Position numbers and translations under genes: made by a program. A stretch of DNA of 64,000 bases from Ginglymostoma cirratum (Eukaryota): assembly GCA_024137785.1 (NCBI GenBank), contig JAHRHZ010000221.1, positions 1 to 64,000 on the forward strand. The letters are read 5' to 3'. How positions within the stretch are numbered: the first letter of the stretch is position 1; each line of letters opens with the position of its first letter. Shown here in pieces: positions 51,510-61,185 of the stretch. The notes below the pieces were generated by a model. It was not told where the DNA came from. It worked only from the letters and a program-made list of their open reading frames with translations, and did not search any database.

Positions 51510-52560
51510 AGTGAGTTGGCGGTGGAGCTGGCCTTCTGGACTCCTGGCTCATGTGCTCTGTTTGCTTTTCTTTTTGTTTCTTCTCTTGTTTTTCTCTTTC
51601 TAGTTTTTTGTTTTTTTTTAAAGTTACCTCTTGTTGAAGAGTTTGGTCATAGCGACAGCATCAGCAGCAGTGAGTGGACCCAGCAGCATGGACTTGAGTA
51701 GGCCCAACAGTTCAGACTCATGGCTACTGAGGCAGAGGCGAGTTTGGATTCCTGGTGGTATCTGCATCCAGCGCAGATTCATAGAGGCAGTGGCAGAGGC
51801 AGGTTTGGGCCCAGTACGTGATCCGGCAACATCAGTACTGGCTGAATTGGCCAGGTGAGCCCGAAACTAACTCATGGCGACAGCGGTGTTGTGTTTAGGC
51901 CAGTGCTGTAACAAGTGGCCTTGGTGGCATCTGCATTGGCGAGAACCATTGAGGACTTAACATGGCGAAGGCGTCGGATTTTTTTTATTCCTTAATGGGA
52001 TGAGGGAGTCACTAATAGGCAGCATTTATTGCCCATCCCAGTTGCCCAGAGGGTGGGTCTGGAGTCACATACAGGCCGGACCACGTAAGGATGGCAGTTT
52101 CCTTCCGAAAAGGACATTAGTGAACCAGGTGGGTTTTTCTGACAATTGACAATGGATTCATGGTCATTACTACGCTCTTAATTCCAGATATTTATTGAAT
52201 TCAAATTCCACCATCTGGCATGGCAGAATTTGAACCCAGAGCCCAAGAATGTTATCTGGGTCTCTGGCTTAACAGTCCAACAATAATACCACCAGGCCAT
52301 CACGAGGTACGATGGCACCAGAAAGTGGCAACTTTCATTCTAGCATCGGTGGAGCGGTGAAGGGGGGGCTTGTGCAATGGAGCAGTTAATGAGGACTGTA
52401 AAATTGAACACTTTTTCTTTGTTTCTCCATTTTCTGCCTTTCTATTCTATGTTTTGGTTTATTTTTCTGTGTTTTAAGATGGCGTCGGAGAGTGGCGACA
52501 CCATGTAACACTTTTCACTGTATTTTGTCACAAAATACACATAATAATAAATGAATCAAA
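51510..52560 (+). mobile_element. Non-autonomous Rex1-tailed element with nested SINE
   Basis: Tail aagatggcg...cacttttcactgtatttt...aataaatgaatcaaa; layout like 5496-8740. Confidence 0.5.
51979..52303 (-). mobile_element. tRNA-derived SINE (same family as 42485-42795)
   Basis: gtgatggcctggtggtattatt.ttggactgttaa head, body and poly-A tail. Confidence 0.85.
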
Positions 52561-53016
52561 ACACATTATTCTTCTGAAGGAAATATTGAAGGATGTACAA
52601 CTGAGATAGGTAGGTACGCCTCAGCCATGATCCACTTGTGACCAATGGAATAGCATCGAGGGGCTGAATGGTCTACTCAAGTTCTGAGTTTCCTCTGTGT
52701 TTGAACAGAATCTCACAGTGTGCATCTGTCAAGTTATGAGACACCGGTTTGATATTTTCTTACATCTGTCAGATGTATGAAACTTGACAACAACCTCGGG
52801 TCTATTTCCTTCTCCTCACGTTTCCTGCAGGAGTTGGTAGCACCACAGAAACTGAACAGGAGGCCTCCCAGAGAGAACAGTGTTACTAAAAAGAATAAGC
52901 ACATACGGAAATATGATTCTAATTTAGTGAATAACACCAATTATTAGTTCTAGTAGCTATTGAAAAAAAGGTAAGACCAGCAGGACTGAAAATGTGAAGG
53001 AAAAAGAGGTTCAAAA

Positions 53017-54255
53017 ATGAGTCTCCTTGTAGAAGTGGAGAACAATCTGTCCTTTGGCCAGGAACTGCACAAAACTGTCTCTGAAGTGGAAAATCTTCAC
53101 CCTAAACTTGAGGAACTCGGTCAAGATTTTAACCATAAGATCCTGAGTTTATCAATAAACCTGGAGTTTGTCTCAGATTGAATGTGGTGATTAACTGGTG
53201 AACAACAAAGTGAATTGACCTTGTGATGGAGAAAAGTTGAATCATAATCATCAGCTAACCTATGAATCTGGATCATACACAGTTCATTTACAATCCACAC
53301 TGTCCTGGGATTACCACCTATTTAATCTCCTTCCACAGCCCATTTACAACCCACATTGTTCTGGGATTACCACCTATTTAATCTCCTTCCACATTTTATG
53401 GACTAACTGTCCCACCCTAAAAGGTTATTTACTCTATTTAAACTCCTGAGAAAATCTGTAGGTGAAAACTCTCTGGATATCAAACACATTTGAAGAAATC
53501 TCCTGAACATTCATCAATGCTCACATCTTCAACATAAAGACTGCCTGGATCATCTCCCTGCCAGGATTCATTCTGTCCCCTGTAGTACTGATTCTCTCGG
53601 TCAGAACCTGCTTCTAACCAATTGACAGACCAGGAAAGGACAACAGGCTTCCTTCCTGAAAAGACACTCTGAATTGGTTGTTGCCAGTTTATATCTGAAT
53701 GCTCACATAATGAAACTGATTCCAATTTTTCAAACTGGCAGAATTTCTTAGTCCACGTTTCTGGCTTGAGAGTGTAGCAGTAACAGAACCCTTCCACCAC
53801 TGTGTCCCCCTGGCAGGGAGACTTTCCAATATGTATGAACCCTCGGGAAACAATGGTCATTGAACAACTTCACCACATTCCTTCAATCCCGTCAGTCAAG
53901 GTCTATGTGGCCTCAGTGAGCCCTGGACCCGGTTTCACAACACAGCCTTACCGAGTGAGGTTTGAGAGGGAGGCAGTGAAGGAGACAACACGAGGGAAAA
54001 CTCAGGAGGGGCACATTCAAGGCTGGGCAACGTTTTCAGCTCACAAACAGTTTGCTGCATGTGGAGCTGACATAGTCAATGAAACAGTTCGAGTGCAGTT
54101 CCCATCAATCGTTGCTGATGGGGTGAGGTTATTTCTGGGTGTGTAAAGTTGCTTGTTGCTGATAAGGACTCAGTCTAAAAGAACCATTTCCGCTGTTTAT
54201 CTCAAGTGTAGCAGTGGACCGCTTCTGTGAGCAACCCACTGACCTGTACTGGGTC
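53017..54255 (+). pseudogene. Possible decayed leucine-rich-repeat gene
   Basis: Short frameshifted pieces: ENLHPKLEELGQDFNHKILSL, CPTLKGYLLYLNS, LDHLPARIH...SLGQNLL, LYLN.SHN; many stops. Confidence 0.3.
53285..53393. repeat. 56-bp tandem duplication
   Basis: catttacaa.ccaca.tgt.ctgggattaccacctatttaatctccttccaca at 53285 and 53341. Confidence 0.9.
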
Positions 54256-54604
54256 GGTGTTGGGGCTGGGAATGGGGTTGGAGGGTTTGGTGGGAAGGGG
54301 TGATCAGTAAAATGTGGATGATCGCCCCAATCTCATCCACTGCTTAACTCTGCATAATCAGAAACAACTACTGACCATTCAACTTTGAAACTGAAACTGT
54401 GAATGTTCAACTTAATTATTAACTCTTAAGTACAGACACATTTTAGATATTTATGTATTGATAAATAAACATGTATATTATTGTGAATTAATACATGTAT
54501 GTGTATATACATTTATAAATACATAGAGAGCATAAGACAGGAATTGAGACAGATGGAGTGATTTACTCACGCTGTTTACTACTACAGGATCAGACCTAAA
54601 ATTT

Positions 54605-54910
54605 CACAGGATCCCTACAGTGTGGAAGCAGGCCATTTGGCCTGCTGAGTCCACTGACACTCTGAAGAGCATTTAACGCCGATCCGTCCCTACATTTCGC
54701 TCCGAGTCTGCACATTATGTGGTATTTAACATAACCAATACAACTAACCCGCACATCTTTGGACTGTGGGAGGAATCTGGACCACCTGGAGGAAATCCAC
54801 ACAGATATGGGGAGAATGTGCAAACTCTACAAAGAAAGTCACGTGAGGGTGGAATCGAGCCCAGGTCCCTGGTGCTGTGAGGCAGTAGAGCTAACCACTG
54901 AGCCATTGAG
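54605..54910 (-). mobile_element. HE1/V-SINE
   Basis: Same head, V-domain and tail as 50848-51185. Confidence 0.85.
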
Positions 54911-55514
54911 CCCACAATACTGTCCCACTTTATACGATGTTACTAGTGAGGGTGACACAGTGACTGTCAGTGCAGTTACTGGTGCAGGAACAGGACTAAA
55001 GCTTTAAATGGTTTTACTGTTGAGGATGTGATACAGAAACACTCGGCACTGCTCCTGCTGCAGGTACAGTACCAAAACTTAATACAGTGTTACTGGTGAG
55101 GGGATAATACAGAGAAACCAGTGCTGTTGGCGATGCATGCAGTAATAATTCTTGAGGTAGTGTTACTGTTGAGGGTATGATACAGAGTCAATCAGTGCGA
55201 TTGTTACAGTCCGAATACTATTCAGCCATCTGTTGGTGTTACTGAAGTAGGTGAAACACTTAGTGGTATTATTATGGTACATGTGCTCCTGCCAATGGGA
55301 ACATGTTCGCTTGTCTATTTATTTTATCATTATGTACACCTCAATCACATATCCTTCATTACAATCCAGCTCTTCCACAGCAATTCTCTCAATTCACTTC
55401 ACCTCAATCATAGATTCGGACACCAAGCCACATTAATCTCTCCAATACTTCATTACACATAATACTATTCCCAAATTCCTCATTTTCACACAGATCCTTG
55501 GTCCTCTAATCCTT

Positions 55515-56020
55515 AGAGTCATAGAGACATACAGCAAGGAAACAAACCCTTCAGTCCGACTCGTCCAGATATTCTACATTAATCTAATCCCATTTGCCAG
55601 CATTTGGCCCATATCCCTCTAAACCCTTCCTGTTCATATACCCATCCAGATCCCTTTTAAAGGCTGTAATTGTACCAGCCTCCACCACCTCTTCTGGCAG
55701 CTCACTCCATACACCACCATCCTCTGCGAGGAAAAAATTCCTCCTTAGGTCTCTTTTAAATCTTACCTCTCTCACCTTAAATCTATGCCCTCTAGTTTTA
55801 GATTCCCCAACCCTGGGAAAAAGGCTTTGTCTATTCACCTTATCCATGCCCCTCATGATTTTATAAGCCGCTATAAGGTCACCCCTCAGCCTCTGACACT
55901 CCAGGGAAAATAACCCCAGCCTATTCAGCCTCTGCCTAGATCTCAAACCCTCCATCCATAGCAACATCCTTGTAAATCTTTTCTGAACCCTTTCAAGTTT
56001 CACAACATCTTTCCTATAGC
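55515..56020 (-). mobile_element. CR1 3' fragment
   Basis: LERVQKRFTRML...LRGDLI..YKIMRG. Confidence 0.9.
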
Positions 56021-56314
56021 TATATCCTATATCTTTCCTAATAATGAAGCAGATTATTGTTGAAAAGATTGTGTCAGAAAGTCGAAATGGTGTCAGACAT
56101 ACATTTTGTTGTCCTCTAATAATTTTGCTGTTAGAACTGAGCTTCCAAAAAAACAGGGGTAAAGCTTAGTTTTCAAAGCAATTATATCAGTAGACTGTGG
56201 TTTTTGGCAGATGTATCAGAAGGTTATTTGCCCATTGTTCTGTCAGTTCTTTGGTACATTGACCCAGTTAGATCAATGCCCTACTCTTTCTCTGCAACAC
56301 TGACCATTTTCGCC

Positions 56315-57130
56315 TTTTTTTGTTCTTTCATGTGGTGTGGGTGGTGCTGGTGAGGCCAATTGTTACCTATTCCTGGTTGCCTGTGAGATTTAATAGTGAA
56401 CTGCTTTCTTAACCCACTGTAGTTCATGTGATGTTAGTGCGCCCATGTTACTATTCGAAAGGTAGTTCCTGATTCCTCTCCATGATAGTGAATGAATTGT
56501 AACATAGTTCCAATTCAGGATGGTGTGTGTGGCTTAGAGTGGATCTTGCAGGTAGTGGTATTCCGTGTCATCCATAGTCACATCACACATCTGCAAGGTG
56601 CTATTGAAGGAGCTTGGTGAGTTGCTTCAGTGCATCATGCAGATGTTACACACTGCTAACATTACACATGAATGGTGGAAGAGTTGAGTGTTGGTGGTTG
56701 ATAGGCTCATGACACACTGGGAAAGTTTTTAATTTGTTTTGAATAATCTAGTGTTGTAACTATACAGAAAGTGTTGGACCAAGGGTACGATTTGTACTGC
56801 AGTACAAGTCTTCAGTACCACTGCTGGAATGCTGTCAGGACATGCAGCCAGTATCCAGTGCCTTCATGCATTTCTTGATGTTATGTGAAATGAATTGAAT
56901 TGGCTGAAGATTGACATTTGTGATGCTGAATACTTTAGGAGAGGGTCAAGATGGACCATCCACTTGCCACTTCTGGCTGAAGAGAATTGCAAGTGCTTCA
57001 AATTTGTCTTTTGAAGTGAGGTACTTGGTTCCCCAATCATTTTGTGGAAGCTGGTTTTTTCTAAAAAAGTTGTTGACCACCATTAATGATTCAGTGGGTG
57101 TGATACAGAGTTTTCATCTGAACTGATTCT
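56315..57130 (-). mobile_element. Old, internally deleted copy of the 15978-19200 LINE family
   Basis: Patches align to 15985-16400 and 17480-17830. Confidence 0.6.
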
Positions 57131-57519
57131 TCTGGAATGGTTTTTGAGTCTTCTTTTATGTCCCTGTCCATTCTTCATTTGTGTTGGGATTTCCTGTGTT
57201 TCTGTCTCTCAGGGACCCATGTGTACTCTCATTCATTTCTTCCTTCTGACATCCTTCATAAGCTTTTACAATCTCATTCTATGTTGGTTCCTAATTTTGT
57301 CTCCTCTTCAGTTTCCTTTTTCTTTATCAGTGGTTTGATGACCTTCTTCTGGATTCTAATATCCACCCAATCTTCACGTTTACTATTCTCTCTGCTATGG
57401 TGATCTGTTATCATAATAAGCAAGTCACTGACCCACTTAGCAGAGGAAACACTTTGCATCGATCTATCTTCCTGAAACCTCCCATCAGCTATTAGGTTAG
57501 ATCTTAACCTTTTCTATTC

Positions 57520-57700
57520 TGGCAACTTGTATGTATATAGCACCTTCAATATTAAAAACATTCCAAGGCACTTCACAAGAGGGATATAAAATATAATTTG
57601 ACACCAGGCCTCATTTGGAGATATGAGGCAGATGACCAAAGGTTTGGTCAAAGAGAATCTTAAAGGAGGAGGGAGAAATGGAGTGGTTGAAGGAGATTCC
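57520..57700 (-). mobile_element. L2-type 3' end fragment
   Basis: acttgtatgtatatagcaccttcaat...ccaaggcacttcaca. Confidence 0.55.
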
Positions 57701-57914
57701 AAAGTATAATGTCCTTGTATTTCCAACTTCATCATATCTGAAGTCCCTTATTTCTGGTAACTATCCTCTGATACCTTTCTGTGGTATTCACCTGTTAACC
57801 TGGGGTACAGTGCCCAGAATCATTGAACATCAATTAACTGTCTGTCTGACTGAGCAGCTGTGCGTTTCCAAAATCCTGCCGGCTCTATTAGTGTCTGTTG
57901 TCTGTTCTTGAAAG

Positions 57915-58690
57915 CTCAGAGGGTGATGTGTGTATCGAATGAGCTGCCAGAGGAAGTGATGGAGTCTGGTACAATTACAACATTTTAAAGGCATCTGGAT
58001 GTGTATACGAATAGCAAGGGTTGCAGGTGCAGCAGGTAATTAAAAAGGCAAATGGAATATTGTCTGCCATTGCTAGAGGGATGGAGTTTAAAAACAGGGA
58101 GGCTATGCTGCAGCTGTACAGGCTCCTGGTGAGGCCACACCTGGAGTACTGTGTGCAGTTTTGGTCTCCATACTTGAGAAGAGACATACTAGCTCTGGAG
58201 GGGGTGCAAAAGAGATTCACTCGGCTGATTCCAGAGTTGAGAGGGTTGGATTATGAGGAGAGACTGAGTAGACTGGGATTATATTCATTGGAATTCAGAA
58301 GAATGAGGGGAGGTCTTATAGAAACATATAAGATTATGAAGGGAATGGATAAGGTGGAGGCAGGGAGGTTGTTAGCAGGTGAAACTAGGACAAGAGGGCA
58401 TCGCCTCAGAATAAAGGGAAGCAGATGTAGGACTGAGGTCAGGAGGAACTTCTTCACCCAAAGGGTTGTGGATCTGTGGAATTCCTGCCCAGTGAAGCGG
58501 TTGAAGCTACCTCACTGAATGTTTTTAAGGCAAGGCTGGATAAATTTTTGAACAGTAAAGGAATTAAGGGTTATCGTGTGCGGGCGGATAAGTGGAGCTG
58601 AGTCTCAAAAAGATCAGCCATGAGCTTATCGAATGGCGGGGCAGGCTCAAGGGGCCAGATGGCCTACTCCTGCTCCTTGTTCTTATGTGT
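57915..58690 (+). mobile_element. CR1 3' fragments
   Basis: [18 protein letters not shown]...RNFFTQRVVDLWNS; tail cctactcctgctcct.gttcttatg. Confidence 0.9.
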
Positions 58691-58699
58691 CTTTTCCAA

Positions 58700-59045
58700 T
58701 GCCCAGAAAACACCCATTTTCTAGATCAGCATTGCTTGTAACTTGGCTGCTTGTGTGTAGGGCCATTCTGGTCTTTACCTGCATGCACTCTGTCAACTCA
58801 CTGCCATTGAGGTGGCTGCACTGGCAAAGAGACTGTCACACACATACACCAGGCATCTGCCTTGTACAAAACAGGTCTGGAAAAAGATGCAGTAGATTTT
58901 TCATTGACGATTATCACTTGCAGCTCTGAACTGCAGGACTCTGCTCTCCAGCTGTGCTCCAAGGAATGCAGGGAGATAAACATCAGCTCCTGGAAGACCA
59001 TCAGCTCAGTGAAAAACACACTGTGGACTTGCTCAAACTTGCTAG
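58700..59045 (+). mobile_element. Tx1/L1-clade ORF2 C-terminal fragment
   Basis: GCTGKETVTH (CCHC remnant) and INISSWKTISSVKNTLWTCSNLLV. Confidence 0.65.
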
Positions 59046-59252
59046 TGTCTCTCAGTCCCCTCACTCTCGGGGAGATATCTGTACACTGACTGGTGTCTCT
59101 CAATCCCCTCACTCTCAGGGAGATATCTGTACTCTGACTGGTGTCTCTCAGTCCCCCCTCTCTTTCAGGGACATACCTGTATATTGACTGGTGTCTCTCA
59201 GTTCCCCCCTCACTCTCAGGGAGATATTTGTACACTGACTGGTGTCTCTCAG
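59045..59252. repeat. 48-51-bp tandem repeat upstream of the IgH V promoter
   Basis: GTGTCTCTCAGTCCCCTCACTCTCAGGGAGATATCTGTACACTGACTG units start at 59045, 59093, 59141, 59191 and 59242 (partial). Confidence 0.93.
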
Positions 59253-59399
59253 TTTCTTTGCTGTTAACAACCTCTTTACTTTTGAAATAAAGAAACAGGA
59301 CAAACTGTGGACAGGATCTTTAATCTGATTATTGCTGCTGATCTGTAGCCTGTTGTTAAAATTACTAACTTGTAGTGAATTGAAATCTCTGCTGGAGGC

Positions 59400-59490
59400 G
59401 GGGACAGGAAGCTCTGTTTCTGGTTTCAGTGGGTGGAGCTGCCGTTGAAGTTGTGGGACCCTCACTCACTTCCCTCCCCTATTTAAACAT
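59400..59490 (+). promoter_or_regulatory. IgH V proximal promoter (TATA-like box, ETS site)
   Basis: TATTTAAA at 59480-59487, ~95 bp before the ATG; ACAGGAAG at 59404-59411. Confidence 0.55.
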
Positions 59491-59574
59491 CACTGACTCC
59501 AGCTCCAGATAGAGGTGCCCCTGAAGCAGCTGGATTTCCGGAGTGTCTGACTCTGTCTCTGCTTTTCCACTGCG

Positions 59575-59620
59575 ATGGGGATTGCTCCAAATCTCGGTGT
59601 CCTTCTGCTCTGTCTGACAG
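59575..59620 (+). CDS. Immunoglobulin heavy-chain (IgW-like) leader exon
   Basis: MGIAPNLGVLLLCLT-G, 46 nt, phase-1 donor GTGAGA at 59621; 122-bp intron ending ...ttttattctcag at 59742. Confidence 0.92.
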
Positions 59621-59742
59621 GTGAGAGCTCCCGAGGCTTTCTCCCCACACAGTGAGGCTGCTTCTTCCCAGATTCTGTGACTCTCTGTTTATCTGACAGG
59701 TGTATTAAGGTGTGCTCTCTTCTGTTACTCTTTTATTCTCAG

Positions 59743-60063
59743 GTGTCCAGTCTGAGATCGTCCTGAGACAGCCCGAGCCAATTGCGAAAAAGCCGGGGGA
59801 GTCTGCCAGACTGACCTGTACAGTGAGTGGGGAAGATATTAACCGCCACAGAATGATCTGGGTGAGACAGGTCCCCGGAAAAGGACTACAGTGGTTACTC
59901 TCTTATCACAAAGGATACAATACTCGCTACGCAAGCGGAGTTCAGGGGCGAATTACCTTTTCTATTGAATCTTCTGCTGCAACCTCCATTGAGATTCCAA
60001 ATCTGACAGTCGATGATACCGCCATCTATTACTGTGCGAGGGAGGCTGGGAACGGTGTTTGGA
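59743..60063 (+). CDS. IgH variable exon (IgW-type VH) with pre-joined D-like extension
   Basis: (G)VQS-EIVLRQPEPIAKKPGESARLTC...WVRQVPGKGLQWL...DDTAIYYCAR-EAGNGVW; open frame; canonical Cys/Trp/YYC. Confidence 0.93.
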
Positions 60064-60091
60064 CACAGCAGCATAAAGTTTAACACGAGTT
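60064..60091 (+). other. Recombination signal sequence, 12-bp spacer
   Basis: Heptamer CACAGCA (60064-60070), spacer GCATAAAGTTTA, degenerate nonamer ACACGAGTT (60083-60091). Confidence 0.7.
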
Positions 60092-60405
60092 CCTAATGAC
60101 GTGTGTATCCATGGATTCCACAATCCTGTTTCCCAGAGGGAAATATCTAAACATTGACTCGGATGATCAGGCAAAATGTCGATTTCTGGGAGAATAGAAG
60201 ACAAAAGGTGGCAATTCTGTTTCTGGGTAATTTGCAGGAACAAGTGTCGATAGACAGGAAAATGTGAAAACACATCATTTATGGATACATTTGGGACAGG
60301 ATTAGGTTGAAATTTCAGATGAAAATACAGGAAGTTGCTGCTCCAGGTTACAACACAATTTATGTTTACATTCCCTGGGGATTATTATATACGGTGCTCA
60401 GGGTC

Positions 60406-60444
60406 AGTTAGTGTATTGGGTGAATGAAGAGACAGAGCACAGTG
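60406..60444 (-). other. JH recombination signal sequence, 23-bp spacer
   Basis: Nonamer AGTTAGTGT (60406-60414), 23-nt spacer, heptamer CACAGTG (60438-60444). Confidence 0.85.
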
Positions 60445-60483
60445 ACTACTGGGGGAGCGGAACCTTTCTGGAAGTGACTTCAG
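60445..60483 (+). CDS. IgH joining segment (IgW-like JH)
   Basis: AC-TAC-TGG-GGG-AGC-GGA... = YWGSGTFLEVTS with WGxG motif; phase-1 donor GTAAGA at 60484. Confidence 0.93.
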
Positions 60484-61084
60484 GTAAGACAAACTTCTCA
60501 ATTCTACTCTTTTCTACTATACATTGTATTTAATTTGTGTTTTTGATAATTCAGTAAAATCAGTGAGATATTTCGGACAATTAGATGTTTCTATCCCAGA
60601 GTGGTGAATTTCTGTACAGTCAGGAATATACCCAGTAACTGGAACTGAAATCTGAGACTAGATTGAAAGTTAATATTAAACCCCAGAAAATCTAATAAAG
60701 ATTCCAGGATCTGTTTAGCATGTTCAGCTTGACCCAGATGACATTATTCAGGATACTTGCTGTGTTCAGGCATGTTTGATGATTTTGGGCTTCAGGATAT
60801 TTGGTGGTGGGTTAGGATTTTGTTATAATCAGAATTAAAAGACATGGTCCAATTGTTTTGTGATTTAATAATTGGTGTCACAGTAGTTTAAATTTTTGTT
60901 TTGAGACTTCATACCTTGTTGAACAGTTTTAAAAATAATAAGCTCTAGATTTCACTTGATAATTTTGCGAACAGAGAGAAATGCTTTGGACAGCGTGAGA
61001 CACAGGGATTAGTGTTTATTAAAAATACCTCATCCCAACAAGTTTGCAGTATTTTCCAGTGAATTCTCTGGACAGACAGTAGAA

Positions 61085-61185
61085 CAAAAACAACACTTCT
61101 GGAAAAGCCCAGCAGGTCTGGCAGCGTCTGTGAGGGAATAAAACAGAGTTAACATGTCAGGTCCAGTGACCCCTCCTCAGAACAG
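61085..61185 (-). mobile_element. Penelope-type pLTR fragment (second subfamily)
   Basis: Minus strand ctgaggaggggtcactggacctgacatgttaactctg...agacgctgccagacctgctggg; relatives at 4450-4570, 19950-20035 and 24610-24700. Confidence 0.55.

Noticed and set aside
53480-53860. Minus-strand ORF with faint C2H2 linker-like words (HIGKSP, SGRKP)
   Set aside because: No correctly spaced Cys2/His2 pairs.
59648-59654. Perfect CACAGTG heptamer in the leader intron
   Set aside because: No nonamer at 12 or 23 spacing was found.
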